Shown here: in pieces, positions 37,250-50,781 of the stretch
Layout of the letters: the number at the start of each line of letters is the position of its first letter
Position numbering within the stretch: position 1 is the first letter of the stretch
NCBI GenBank assembly: GCA_964234715.1
Contig: OZ174290.1
Direction: 5' to 3' (one strand)
DNA: 64,000 nt
DNA from: Podarcis melisellensis
Taxonomy: Eukaryota
Translations under genes and position numbers: made by a program
Notes under the pieces: generated by a model
What the model was told of the DNA's origin: nothing
Database searches by the model: none
What the model saw: only the letters and a program-made list of their open reading frames with translations

Positions 37250-37320
37250 CATGTTGCTGTCATTTAGTCATGTCCGTCTCTTCATGACCCAATGGACCAG
37301 AGCACACCAGGCACTCCTGT
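37250..37320 (-). mobile_element. RTE-BovB-type 3' end fragment
   Basis: TTTAGTCATGTCCGTCTCTTCATGACCCAATGGACCAGAGCACACCAGGCACTCCTGT resembles the reverse complement of the BovB/Sauria-SINE tail. Confidence 0.65.
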
Positions 37321-39214
37321 AGCCACGTAGAGATGGCCAAGTACTTGGATGGCCTTCAAAGAGGATTAGACAAATTCATGGTGGAGGCTACCCGTGGCTC
37401 CTAGCCACGAGGACAATGCATTGCTCTAGGTCCACTGTCAGAGGCAATACACTACTTAACAGCGGTTCCCGGAATCACAAGTGGGGAGAGTGCTGCATGC
37501 AGAACTCCCAGAGGCATCTGGTTGGCCCACCTGGTTTATCCCCCTTTTGAGAACAGGATGCAGGACTAGATGGGCCTTTGCTCTGATCCAGCCGCAGGAC
37601 TGAGCTGAAGAGGAGTTACAAATTTCAGAGGGAGGCATGGAAACTCCTTCAGGATAGAGCTGAAGAAAGTGGAGGCTGCCCGGAGATGGATTTGGGGGAG
37701 CACAACCGGTTCAGTCGCACTGGCCCCAGAGCCTTGGGGCACCGCAGGGAATGCCAGAACAATTATTTAGAATGGACTGTGAGAGGTGGGAGGCACTGAA
37801 TTTTGGCACTGAACAGGGCACTGCTGAAATTTGAGACCCCAAAGTCATAAGGTGGGGGGCACTGGGCTGTCTCTTGAAGGAGGCAAAAGGCAGAATGAAG
37901 AACAGAGCTTCTCTGGTCTGAAGGGAGGGCAGCCAGTTCCCAAAGGAAGCAAGGAGTATGTGCCCCAGGTTCTGAGGCTTGCCTGGTAGTAGCAGGAACA
38001 GTCCAACGGAGGCTGGGAGCTGCCATTCAGATTTCCCACAGTGCTCTAGTGTGCCCAGACATTCTAAGGAAATGGGGAATGGGGAACGTTTTTCCACTCA
38101 AGGCCCACATTCTTTTCTGGGTAACCTTTTGTGGGTGCCACATGTCTGTAGTGGGTAGGTTTTCGGGCAAATGTAGACAGAGCAACACATTTATTACTGT
38201 ATTTGTATAGTTACTCCTTTGTTGGCTACCTTCTTCACATGCTCACATGCCATTCTTTGCCATCTGTCCAGAGAAGCAAGAGTCATTTTTCCAAGGACAC
38301 ATTTCAGCAAGCCAGAGAGGGCATAGCCAAGAAGGGACTGTGGCCAGTCCCAAGGGCCAGGTAGAGAGGCATGGAGGGCCACAGTTAGCCCACAAGCCTG
38401 AAGTCCCCCATCCCTGGCACAGGGAAAATCAAACAGAGCTTTGCAGGCCCAGCTGCTCAAGGTGGAGGGTCAAGGGCAGCCATCGGGTGGCTGGGGTCCA
38501 GCCAGCTTCCCTGGGCTGCCAGGTTCTGATGTCAGTCCTGGTGACAGAGCTGGAGCACCCAGACATAATGCAATTCTGTAGCTCCAAATTCTCAACATTA
38601 GAGAGAACCCCTTTGATTCCAGTGAACTTTGACTTCGTATCTCTGCCCATTTCAGGGCATATCATGCTAGAAACTGCTGCAGGCTTCCCCCTTTTGCATC
38701 CACAACCCTCTGATGCCCCAGACAGTTCCTCTAAGAGCTCTTGACTTGACTTTCAGAGGCTAATAGGAATAAAGTTCAGATTTTAGGAGCAAAACCACCA
38801 CTGTGACTGTGATGTAGCCCAGAGCTATTTACGGAATCAGATTAACACAAAGTCTTTATGAGCCATCAGCTGTATAACTGTGGGGGAGTGAATCAGCAGA
38901 CTGGTAGCCTGGAGGCCAGCTCTTAATTGAAAATGGGGAGAGAAAATGGATGCAGGGCCTAGATCCTACCATGAAATAGCCTGGAAAATACTTTGCACAG
39001 TTTGGATCAGGACTAACAAATGGAATTTTTGTTCTGTAAAAAAAAAAATGGTCTAATCTCACAGCTGTTGGTAAAAATGACTATTTCACTGTCAATGTAC
39101 AGGACCATTTATGGAGCTAGACAAGGAATAAAATGGAATGAAATAAAATGGCAGGTCTCTGCCCTGAATACTTTATAGTCTTGGAGCCAAACTGCATATT
39201 ATGTTATAGATTAC

Positions 39215-39229
39215 GTGTGTGTGTGTGTG

Positions 39230-39280
<51 letters not shown>
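39215..39280. repeat. (GT)n(GA)n compound microsatellite
   Basis: Direct inspection. Confidence 0.95.
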
Positions 39281-39285
<5 letters not shown>

Positions 39286-40074
39286 TTCACTTTTTATCAA
39301 AGGAGCAGCTGCAATAATGCAGGGCCTTTACACAAACACACACATGTACTGTGACTGCATTTTAAGTAAAATGAAAACATGGCGGGGAGAATTCACTCAC
39401 AGAGTTCCTACAGAACTTAAAAACAGAAGATCCTGGCTTCTGGATCAGCCAAACACCTCTTTGGGAACCCCACAAATGGGACCTCAGTGCAACAGGACCC
39501 TTCCCTCTTGGGTTTCCAGCCATCATGGTTAGTAGCCAGGGGTAGCCTCTCCATAAATTTGTCTAATCCTCTCTCAAAGCCATCTCAATTGGTGGCCATC
39601 GCTTCATCTTGCGGAAACAAATCCCACAGTTTAATAAGGTTTGTGCTGCATGAAAAAAGGACTTCATTTAGTCAAGTTCCCTATCTAGTGTTATGAGAGG
39701 GGAAGAAAAACTTGACTCCTGCACAATTTCACAGAAACGTTATCTCCCCTTTGACAATTTTCAGATGCAATTTCTTTTCTTATTAATTGAAGATAAATGT
39801 CCCCTCCTTTAAAGTAAAAAATTGCAGGAGACATTTTCAGCACAGCAGTAACTAAATGTGCAAAATGCAAACTTTTCCACAAGTCAGCTGGCCATTAAAG
39901 AATGGAGCGTCACATTGAAAGAAAAGAATAGCTTCTGATGGCACTTTGTGCATTTTGATGCATATCTGATTTAGGAACGAAGGACACTGCCTTACACTGA
40001 GTCAGGCCATCTCAGTATTGTTTACACTGAGTGGCAGCAGCTCTCCAGGGTTTTAGGCAGGAGTCTCTTCCAGA

Positions 40075-40245
40075 TATAGGAGCCAACTCCTATGGCCCCC
40101 ACCATAAAATATTTGAGGGGGCTGGACCCCACAAAGTTGATGGGCATTCCCATTCAAAACTGTGTGTGCACTGCATCATGTGATTGATCATGCGGGGCAG
40201 GGCTTACCTGAGCCCCAACAATATTTTATTCAAGTTGGCACTCCT
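40075..40245. mobile_element. hAT MITE nested in a tRNA-derived SINE
   Basis: 8-bp TSD CTTCCAGA (40067-40074 and 40246-40253); AGGAGCCAACT / AGTTGGCACTCCT ends. Confidence 0.75.
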
Positions 40246-40371
40246 CTTCCAGATGTACCTGGAGATACCGGGGCTGAACCTGGGACCCTCTCCATGAAGG
40301 CAGATGCCCTATCACTGAGCTATACCCCTTCCTTTTATGCCTTTTGGGTACCCGACCAACACTAACTAGGG

Positions 40372-40507
40372 CAGGCATAGGCAAACTCGGCCCTCCAGAT
40401 GTTTTGGGACTACAACTCTCATCATCTCTAACTAACAGGACCAGTGGTCAGGGATGATGGGGGTTGTAGTCCCAAAACATCTGGAGGGCCGAGTTTGCCT
40501 ATGCCTG
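40372..40507. mobile_element. Young palindromic hAT MITE, 136 bp
   Basis: ~44-bp perfect inverted arms starting CAGGCATAGGCAAACTCGGCCCTCCAGATGTTTTGGGACTACAAC; perfect TSD AACTAGGG. Confidence 0.93.
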
Positions 40508-40654
40508 AACTAGGGTTTCTGTGAGTACTTGAATGGTGAGGTGGAAAACTGGGAAATGCTGCAGAAAGATAGAGTCAGGTTTTGCATATCCCTGTTCCTG
40601 GCTGGACTGAAGATACAGGATAGACTGAAAGAACAAGGAGACTTGTTCATTTTG

Positions 40655-40688
<34 letters not shown>

Positions 40689-42337
40689 CCCTCTCTGAAA
40701 CCCACACCGCTTTTTGTTAGCAGCCAAGAAGGCTTACATGGGAGAGAAGCCTCAAGCCAGCCACCACAATGGTCCCTGTGGTTCAGGCTTCTGTGTCCTA
40801 CCAGCAAGAGTCGGCATCGTGGGATTAAAAGGTGGAGCAGGGCAGCCTTGCTGTCTGCCTCTCTTAAGCAAGAGGATCAGTTGTTCTCTGCCAGCATTGC
40901 TGTGGCAAGCCACACCAGACCAAGTTCCCTCGAAAGGCACTTGCTACTGTTTCAGATTAAAGCCAGGTATCCTCAGTGTTCTCACATCTAACACTTTATA
41001 GCATTGAGTCCCTGCTCCAAATATTGCTCCGAATTATTCCTTGTTGAACTGCCTTCTTTGATTTAGTTGTGCTACTTCAAGTGGCTGATAAGAGCACCAG
41101 AAGAGCCTTTGTTGGACCAGGCCAATGGCTTATGTAGTCTAACATCCTGTTGTCACAGTGGATGCCAGGTGCCCAAGGGTAAGCCTGCAAGCAAGACCTG
41201 AGCACATTCCTCTTCTGCATTTCCCAGTGGCTGGTATTCAGAAGCATATGACCTCCACAGTGGAGGTAGAACATCGCTTTATCCTCCATGTATTTGTCAT
41301 CCAATTTGGTGGCCACAACGGCCTCTTTTGGGAGAGAAGTCAGTTGTTTAATTATGTACAAAGAAGTACTTTTTCTCTTTGTCCTGAATCTTCCAACACT
41401 GTGCTTCACTAGATGTCCTCATGTTCTAGAATTAGGAGAGAGGGACTGAAAAAATTAACTACCCACTTTCTCCAGACTATTCACTATTTTATACACCTAC
41501 ATTGGGTACAGTACTTTGATGTGTTTCATGTTGGCTGAGTTTATCTTATGCTACTCTTGTTGAATTTTTTTTAAAAGTATTTTTGCATGTTTTAAGTCAG
41601 TATGTTTTGAATTTGTCTGTGTGTGTTCTAAAATTTTGCAAGTCATTTTATTTCTTTCTCCAGTGATTGGACAGGGTCTAAATTATGGGTGTGTATTAAC
41701 TACAAGATACAATTTTGATTTCCTTTGGGTGCTTTGGAAAACAGTCTGCCGCAGGCCTAAGTGCTTTGTAGGCTGCCTATTTCAACTCAGGTCCACCAAA
41801 GCACAATTCATTTCATCCCTTTTAACTACTGATTTTTTGAAAATGGCTATAACTTTTTCAGTTTTGTCAGAGGTTGATGAAATTTGCAGCTATATTAGCT
41901 CCTCTAGAATGGATAAAGTCTTCCAAATTACAGGCAATTTACTTTCATGTTGGGTGCTTCTTCTTCTCCTCCTCCTCCTCTTTAAATGTTTATTTTAGGA
42001 CACGAGTGGGTGAATCTGCAGGCAAGGCTGTCCTTTCTGAGGCCACCAACCCTGCTAAATTTCAGAAGGCTAGCTGCAGAGGTCACTCCAAGGCATTGTG
42101 GGTAATTAAAATGGTGGGCCGCTTACAGACTTGGCCTTTGGCATGTGTGCCACAAGGCTTCTGTCAGCTCTAATCCTTTTCAAAGTATTGGAGCCCCAAC
42201 AGTTATACACTGAAGCTAGGTACTGATGCCAGCTGCACCTGCATCATTAACTTGGATCAAGTATGATGTCCTTCGTTTATTTGAAACTTTATTTCATGCC
42301 TATTGAACACAGCTCAAGATCTTTCAACAGACTGGAC

Positions 42338-42340
<3 letters not shown>

Positions 42341-42382
<42 letters not shown>

Positions 42383-43001
42383 TCTTTATTGTCATTACAC
42401 AAGTGCAACATTGCACAAGTGCAACGAAATTGGATGCCATCCCTTAAAAAACAACAAAAGCAAAACAACAACAACAACCAAACAAACCACATTCCAGCCA
42501 CACCCACACCCACACCCATCAAACTCCCAGGTCACACTATCGAGTTACAGCATTCAAAAAGGCCACAGCTCTTGGATAGAAACTATTTTTCAGTCTATTT
42601 GTCCTTGACTTGATGTTTCTATATCTCCTGCCAGAAGGCAGTAGTGCAAACAGACTGTATCCCGGGTGAGATGAATCCTGCAGGATGTTGTTTGCTTTCC
42701 TAAGACAACGGGAACCGTACAGTTCTTCCAAAGATGGGAGAGGATGACCAATAATCCTTTGGGCTGTGGTTATGACCTTCTGGAGCACCTTCTTCTCCCT
42801 AGCTGTACAACAGGAGAACCAAGCACAAATACAGTATGTGAGAATGCTCTCTATGGAGCCTCGGTAGAAGGACACCAGCAGTCTCTCACTCAGATTGTTC
42901 TTCTTTAAAAGTCTGAGGAAATAAATTCTCTGCTGGGCCTTCTTCACCAGAGCAGTGGTATTTGCGCTCCAAGTCATGCCCTGATCGATAGTCACTCGAT
43001 A
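42341..43001 (-). mobile_element. Rex1/Babar LINE 3' fragment with a (TCTA)n tail
   Basis: Open 152-aa ORF: TWSANTTALVKKAQQRIYFLRLL...IESILTYCI..W...DSSHPG.SLF.LLPSGRRYR..K.RTNRLKNSFYPRAV; AATAAA then (TCTA)n; possible TSD GACTAG. Confidence 0.88.
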
Positions 43002-45239
43002 GACTAGCTGTATTTAGGTTCTCCCTCACCTGAATTGATATCCCTTCCCCATGCACTTAGGTTGCAATCCTGTAGCCACTTACCTTGGAGCAGTAGTGGC
43101 CAGAGAGGCAATGTGAGGCTGCCTCTATTGCCCACCCTGCTTCCGCACACAATGGGCCATTGTTGTTGACTGACGGGGAGAGGCAAAACACATGGAGGCC
43201 AGTGCAGTGTGGTGGTGGGGCCAATCAGATGTTCTTGCCACCATGCACTGTACCACGGTGAGCTCCCTGAGCCTCCCCCTTGCAGTAGGCAGCTGTGCCA
43301 TCTCACCAGCTGGGAGTAAGTCCCATTGGAACCCAACGGAGCTGACTTTCAGATAGACATGTGCAGGATTCCTTAACTGCAGCATTTCTTTCGCTGGGGC
43401 CTGCTGATAAACCCAGAATTGTGACAATAACAAAGGCAACTGAAAAGGCCAAGGATTTCGTGGAACACTCCTGGCAGCTTTTCTGAGTAGAGAAAACTGG
43501 GTGGGGTCTCAATTGAATCCAGTCCATGCATGCAACCGTAAATCCAGTTCCTTCTAATTTTGTACTACCCAGTAGTTTTCCAAAACTATATGGAAACATT
43601 TGACACTTAAAAAATAGAGAAGGGGCTGAAAGCTCTTTGGAAATGTGGTCAGTATTGATAGTGTGCTTGGTTATATTTATATTTCTTTTTTCTCCCCAGG
43701 AATTCTTGTAATCATCTGGATGCTTTAAATAAGCATATGATTTTTGGAATTCAAGGCTGCTGCGTAGTACAGATGGTGAAGGTTTGTTTTCTTTTTTACT
43801 ACGAAGAGCAATGTGAGGACCATCTTGCTCAGCACATCCATTGCTCAGGAACTGATCCAGCACCCAGGCCCATTGTCTACTGGACATGAAAGAGGCAGGA
43901 ACACTGAGGCTTGGAGGTCAGCCTTGCAGGTGGCAAAAGCCCTGTTTGACCCATCTTTAAAATTAGTGGTATTGCTGAAACAGATGCCTAGTGATGGGGG
44001 TGGATGGGGGAGAGAATGGGCTATAGTCAATGCTAGCTCTACACAGAGTAGACCCATTGAAGTTAATGGATATGAATAACTCAGGTTCATTAATTTCTAC
44101 TCTGAGTAGGACTAGCATTCACAATACAAAGATCTTTCCTGGTGGTGTCTCATTCTTGGTGATGGAGAATCCTGGGAACTGTAGCTTGTTAAGGGGGTGG
44201 GAATTGTGAGGAGACCTCTTTTCCCTCCACCAAGCTACAATTCGCAGGGTTCCCTGGGAAGAAGGATTGACTGTTAAACCACTCTGGGAATTGTAGCTTT
44301 GAGAGAGGAATAGAGGTCTCCTCACAACTCTCAGAACCCTTAACACACTACAGTTCCCAGGATTCTTTGGGGGAAGTAATCATGGGTGAAACCAAGGGGG
44401 GCCGGCAAGGGGGAGATGCCTCCCCAAGTCAATCAAAATCCAAAAATCAATATAAATCTGAGGTTCTGCCACCCCTAAAAAAGCCTGCCCCCCCAAATCC
44501 TGGCTACGCCCATGGGAGCCACCACCATTAAAGTGGAATCACCATGCTTGAAATGTATATTGTATTATGTTTTAGCTATCAAGCATGCTTAGTCTTTATT
44601 GAGCTGCTGCTGTTATTGTTTCTTTAGGGTAAATACCTCTCTCTTGTTTCATGCTAGAGAGAGAGAGAGACATGTATTGGTATGAGTTTTCTTCGGAGGG
44701 TGATCCATCTGGATGAAACTGTGGCTCTCCCTCCAAACCTGCAATCCTTTACCCGTGAAGGTGGAATGTATAAGAGGAATGGCTTAGGGCCAGGTGCTTA
44801 TCAGCATCTTAAAGAGTGAACTAACTGATGCTGTTCTCCAGGCAAGAGAAGAGACATTTTCCCCACTCTCTTCACTTGGCTGGAGGCCATGGGATCCTAG
44901 GTAGACAAACTATAGCCAGAGTTATTGTGTGTCAGTTGGAAGCTGGGAGAGACTTTGGAAGTCCTTTGGAAAATGAATGGGGAAGCAAGATCTTAATGTG
45001 CTGTGAGCCCCTCCACCTTATGTTCAGGTTGTGTGTGTGTACACCCACCCACACCCACCCACCCACCATATATCCTAAAGATCCCACAGTCTTGGCTGAC
45101 CTTTATTCCACACCCCTCCAAGCATCTCTTGCTGCTTGGAGATTGGGGTGGCTGTAACAGGATATAAGGTGGCCATATCTCTGCTCCCTCCAAAATCTGG
45201 AAAGTCTAATTTGCATATGATGCAAAACATTTGCTACTA

Positions 45240-45735
45240 TAGAGTTAGGTTTTGGCTAATTAAATTTATATATCACTTCCTATGAAAAAATCGCAATCAA
45301 GTAAAAAAGAAACGCACAATGTTAAAATCACATAAACATAATAAAAACAGATTTAACATATGAAACCAAAATGCTTCCAGGAAGGTCTCCCTGAAGAAAG
45401 CATCACATAAGATGGGGGGTTACAATAGAGAAGGCCAGTTTCCCCCACCCCCACCTCCCTCAGATTGTAAGCTAAAAGCATAAATCGCTGATTTCAGCAT
45501 CCTGGCAGGTTCATATGGGGAAAAGTAGTCCTTTAGGTACAGGACTCCTAATGTTTGAAGGTCAAAACCAGCACTCTGAACTCGACCCATAAACAAACTG
45601 GAAACCAGTGCAGTCAGTCCAGACCCAGTGCTATCTGCTCAGGACTTAGTAGCCAAATTCTGCAGTAACAATAGTTTCTGGAATGTCTTCAAAGGCAGAC
45701 CCACATACAATGCACTGCAGTAGTCTAAGCAGTAA
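45240..45735 (-). mobile_element. Degraded L2 LINE 3' fragment
   Basis: Blocks homologous to 850-1095 (GTCTTCAAAGGCAG..CCCACA..CAATGCACTGCAGTAGTCTAAGC). Confidence 0.6.
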
Positions 45736-47370
45736 ATCCAGCACATGGAAGGTGTGCTTTTTTGTTTGCTTTTATCTTTTCCAGGCAAAGATCACAAAAA
45801 GGGAATAAGCAGTGGAATGATCTTATCTGACCATTTGCTCATTCCAGGAAAGTGACGGCAGGAGTGGATTCCTTCAGCCACCCAGACAATCTTTCCTGTT
45901 CCATGAATTTGCTCTGCCCTCTACTCTGCTCTTGCTAACTTGGAGAATTCCTAAAATGAACTCTGGCATTACAGTATGCACAATTTTGCTATAGCAGCTT
46001 CCAGCCCATTGTGGCCTTTGCATCCACCCCCCCCCCATTAATCAGCACACGGGTGCATTAAGGAAACCCCCGGCAGAGCTGAACAGTCTCCTCCACCACC
46101 ACCATTTCCAAAGTGGGAAGGGGACATTTTGGCTGGCATCCACTCATTTTCATTTATTTGATTTGATTTATTGGAAAAATGTATATCCAACCTTTCACCA
46201 TCTGGGTCCAAAGCAGCATAGAACATTATACAGTAAAATGCAACTGGGAGGGGTTCACCATTGTTTAAAATGAGGCAACAGAGTTTGATCTGTCTTAAAC
46301 AAGGGGGGGGGGGGCAGATTATCCGTTTCCATTTCTCTCAGTTCTTCATTTATCCAATCTTAAGTTTGGTTCACTGCGTTTATAAATTTGCCAGTGATTT
46401 AGTGCCTATTTTCTCCTATATATAGACTGTGCATTTTTGCAGGCCTGATGAACACATTTCTGCAAGGAATGTCCCCTAACATACCATATTTTTTGTAAGG
46501 TATGTCCACTAGTATGCACACTTTCCCCTAATAAATGCAATTCAGTCCATACTTGTTTGGTATGAGAACTGAAGCACAAAATTCGGAGAAGTGCCATTTT
46601 TCAAAGATAGCTGTGTTTTGGTTAGCAAGATTGGTTATTGAGCTGCAGATCTGCCCCACCCACCCCCACCCCCCATCTCTAGGGAAGAGCTGCATTCAGT
46701 GCTTGTTTAAGGGGGAGGGAATGGGTGGAAACCTCAATCACATTTTCTTCAATAATGGTAAGACATACCCCAATGAGAATTAACAGATTAGGGGATTCCT
46801 TTCTCTCCGCTACCCTCCACCCCTGATGAAAATGTATGGGTTGATATTTTGGTCCAGCTTAAAACACATACACACTCATAAAGAAACATAGGAAGCTGCT
46901 TTATACTGAGTCAGACCGTTGGTTCATCTATATCAATATTGTCTTAAATTGTGCTAAAAAATGCATACATTGGTGAAAACAACTTGTGGAAAACATATTA
47001 TATTGGGGGACACCACTTTTCAAAAATGTCTATATTAGGTAAAATTGGATACAAACATTCATACATTTGGAAAAATTCACACTAGAATGTTCATGAATTT
47101 TCATGACACCATTAATAAAACAAAACCATGCAAACTGATAAGGAAATTTGGAAAAAAGGGGAGGGGGGAAACACACCCAAGAAACTGAGGAAAATCAAAA
47201 CTGACAGATGCTCCCATCCCCAATTGTGCACCAGCCACATACCTGTCATTTGACAGCCACAGTCCCACCTGAGCCTCTTTGCTCCCATGTTGGTGGAACA
47301 AAGAGGCCTCCCCCCCTCCATATTCTGCGCTGGCTGTGGATTTGCTCCCTGAAACACCAACAGATACAAC

Positions 47371-47510
47371 CATGGGCCAAGGGGGGGCAACTGCTCCCCA
47401 GATCAACTAAAACAATAGAAATACTTAACTAACTGAGCAATCACATCTGTTCTGCCCCCCTTAACAAAAGGCGTGCCCCCTCCCCAAGAAAAAACCTGGC
47501 TAGGCTCATG
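47371..47510. mobile_element. hAT MITE (CATGGG...CATG family; relative at ~44381-44514)
   Basis: Perfect 8-bp TSD GATACAAC. Confidence 0.85.
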
Positions 47511-47571
47511 GATACAACCATCACATTTGCACCAAGATTGCTTCCCGCCCTTCACTTTGCACATGTCTGTT

Positions 47572-49680
47572 CATAGAATCATAGAATCATAGAATCATAG
47601 AATCATAGAGTTGGAAGAGACCACAAGGGCCATCAAGTCCAACCCCCTGCCAAGCAGGAAACACCATCAGAGCACTCCTGACATATGGTTGTCAAGCCTC
47701 TGCTTAAAGACCTCCAAAGAAGGAGACTCCACCACACTCCTTGGCAGCAAATTCCACTGTCGAACAGCTCTTACTGTCAGAAAGTTCTTCCTAATGTTTA
47801 GGTGGAATCTTCTTTCTTGTAGTTTGGAACCATTGCTCCGTGTCCGCTTCTCTGGAGCAGCAGAAAACAACCTTTCTCCCTCCTCTATGTGACATCCTTT
47901 TATATATTTGAACATGGCTATCATATCACCCCTTAACCTCCTCTTCTCCAGGCTAAACATGCCCAGCTCCCTTAGCCGTTCCTCATAAGGCATCATTTCC
48001 AGGCCTTTGGCCATTTTGGTTGCCCTCCTCTGGACACGTTCCAGTTTGTCAGTGTCCTTCTTGAACTGTGGTGCCCAGAACTGGACACAGTACTCCAGGT
48101 GAGGTCTGACCAGAGCAGAATACAGTGGCACTATTACTTCCCTTGATCTAGATGCTATACTCCTATTGATGCAGCCCAGAATTGCATTGGCTTTTTTAGC
48201 TGCCGCATCACACTGTTGGCTCATGTCAAGTTTGTGGTCAACCAAGACTCCTAGATCCTTTTCACATGTACTGCTCTCAAGCCAGGTGTCACCCATCTTG
48301 TATTTGTGCCCCTCATTTTGTTTGCCCAAGTGCAATACTTTACATTTCTCCCTGTTAAAATTCATCTTGTTTGTTTTGGCCCAGTTCTCTAATCTGTCAA
48401 GGTTGTTTTGAAGTGTGATCCTGTCCTCTGGGGTGTTAGCCACCCCTCCCAGTTTGGTGTCATCTGTAAATTTGATCAGGATGCCCTTGAGTCCATCATC
48501 CAAGTCGTTGATAAAGATGTTGAAGAAGACCGGGCCCAAGACAGAACCCTGTGGCACCCCACTAGTCACTCTTCTCCAGGATGAAGAGGAACCATTGATG
48601 AGCACCCTTTGGGTTCGGTCAGTCAGCCAGTTACAAATCCACTGAGTGGTAGCATAGTCAAGACCGAATTTTACCAGCTTCTTTATAAGAATATCATGGG
48701 GCACCTTGTCAAATGCCTTGCTGACATCAAGGTAGGCTACATCCACTGCGTTCCCTTCATCTACCAGGGTTGTAATTCTGTCAAAAAATGAGATCAGGTT
48801 AGTCTAACATGACTTATTTTTCAGAAATCCATGCTGACTATTGGTGATCACAGCATTCCTTTCTAGGTGCTCACAGACTGTTTGCTTAATGATCTGCTCC
48901 AGAATCTTCCCTGGTATTGATGTCAGACGGACTGGGCGGTAATTATTTGGGTCCTCTCTTTTCCCCTTTTTGAAAATAGGGACAACATTTGCCCTCCTCC
49001 AGTCTGTCGGGACTTTGCCTGTTCTCCAGGAATTCTCAAAGATGACTGCCAGTTGTTCTGAGATCACATCTGCCAGTTCTTTTAATACTCTTGGATGCAG
49101 TTCATCTGGCCCTGGAGACTTGAATAAATCTAGACTAGCCAAGTATTCTTGTACTATCTCCTTAGTTATTCTGGGCTGTGTTTCCTCTGCTGAATCATTT
49201 GCTCCAAATTATTCAGGTCGGGCATTGTTTTCTTTATCGGAGAAGACTGAGGCAAAGAAGGCATTAAGGAGTTCAGCCCTTTCTGTGTCCCCTGTTTGCA
49301 TTTCACCATCTTCTCCTCTGAGTGACCCCACTGTTTCTTTGTTCTTCCTTTTGCTACGAACATACCCATAAAAGCCTTTTTTGTTGCTTTTAACCTCTCT
49401 AGCAAGCCTGAGTTCATTCTGTGCTTTAGCTTTTCTGACTTTGTGTCTACACGTGCTGGCTATTTGTTTGAATTCCTCTTTGGTGGTTTGCCCCCTTTTC
49501 CATTTTTTGTACGCATCCTTTTTAAATATTAACTCAGTTAAAAGTTCTTTAGATAGCCACCCTGGCTTCTTTAGGTACCTTCCATGTTTCCGTCTCATTG
49601 GTATTGCCTGAAGTTGTGCTTTTACTATCTCCCTCTTAACAAACTCCCAGCCATCATGAACTCCCTTTCCTTTTAGTATT
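47572..49680 (-). mobile_element. CR1 LINE, 2.1-kb 5'-truncated copy with the RT domain
   Basis: ORF2 in one frame from 49680 to 47667 (NYRPVRL, LDVSKAFD, GVPQGSVLGP, FTDD) with only two nonsense codons (49209, 48804); (ATTCTATG)n tail; possible TSD TCTGTT. Confidence 0.96.
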
Positions 49681-50138
49681 CTGTTAATAAACAGAAGCCG
49701 GGGGGGGGGGGTAGGAACCTAAATTGGACTGAAAGAACTGCTAACCTGAGTCAAACTGCATATCCACAGTTCTAGGTACAAAATTCAGAAATATAAATTA
49801 TGGGGGTGGGTGGAGGAATTCCTAATATATCAGTTTGAGTTCAGAAATAAGACCAACTAATTTACAACTCCAAAATCCAGGGAGAAATTTAGATGAGCTG
49901 CATTTTGGGATCACCCTTGGGAAAGAATCGTCTCCCTGATTTTGTTCTCTAAGAGGTTAGCCAAAACATTTATACACTCTGTAAGTGTATGTGATGGTTT
50001 TAATGAGAGCCTAGTGAATGAGGTGACTGAAGCCATTGCTTGTTGATGGAAAAGTTGCTCTCTGCAAGGATTAATAAGAAGGGATTTTGTGTGTGTACTT
50101 CATACTATATGATCAAGTTTTTAGGAATGGTGTGCAAG

Positions 50139-50285
50139 CAGTGGCGTAGCGTGGGTTGTCAGCACCCGGGGCAAGGCAAGTAATTTGCATCCCCTAACCT
50201 GTGGATTTGCACCCCCTAACCCTAACCCCCAGATGTTGCGCCCGGTGCGGCCGGCCCCCCCTGCACCCCCCACACTATTCCACTG
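50139..50285. mobile_element. hAT (Tip100-like) MITE
   Basis: CAGTGGCGTAGCGTGGG / CCCACACTATTCCACTG ends; perfect 8-bp TSD TGTGCAAG. Confidence 0.88.
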
Positions 50286-50534
50286 TGTGCAAGTTAATGG
50301 AAAATTGCTATGAACTTTAGGAACTGTGCACTTTAATGTGGGTTTACTTTCCATGGGTTTAACCCATGGAAAAAATGCTGCACACTTTGTTAGTCGTGCT
50401 ATGAACTTTGAAACTGCTGGCTGTCCTTTATTCTGTCCATTTTATGGATCCATGCTATCATACTGTTGCATCACAGTGCTTTTTGCCTTACCCTCCCATG
50501 ATTTTCCATCAGATCTGTTTTTTGATGGTTTCTT

Positions 50535-50580
<46 letters not shown>
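50535..50580. repeat. (CTAA)n tetranucleotide microsatellite
   Basis: Direct inspection. Confidence 0.95.
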
Positions 50581-50651
50581 CAAAACACATTAATTGCAGC
50601 AGCAGAATGCAGCACCTTGGACAGGAGAAGCTTCATGGAGACATAAAGTCC

Positions 50652-50781
50652 TGGGACAGCTCAGTTGGTCGAGCAGGAGACTCTTAATCTCAGGCGGTGG
50701 GTTTGAGCACCACATTAGGCAAAAGATTCCTGCACTGCAGGAGGTTGCACTGGTCCCTTCCAACTCTACAGTGCTATGATT
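50652..50781 (+). mobile_element. tRNA-Lys-derived SINE with a CR1 tail
   Basis: AGCTCAGTTGGTCGAGCAGGAGACTCTTAATCTCAGG...CCCTTCCAACTCTACAGTGCTATGATT; same family as 23313-23456. Confidence 0.8.

Noticed and set aside
43303-43887. 194-aa minus-strand ORF
   Set aside because: No recognisable domain or splice context; it overlaps a repeat at its end; consistent with chance.
50652-50725. tRNA-Lys gene (also 23385-23456)
   Set aside because: Stems are decayed and the sequence is fused to a CR1 tail, so these are SINE heads and not functional tRNAs.
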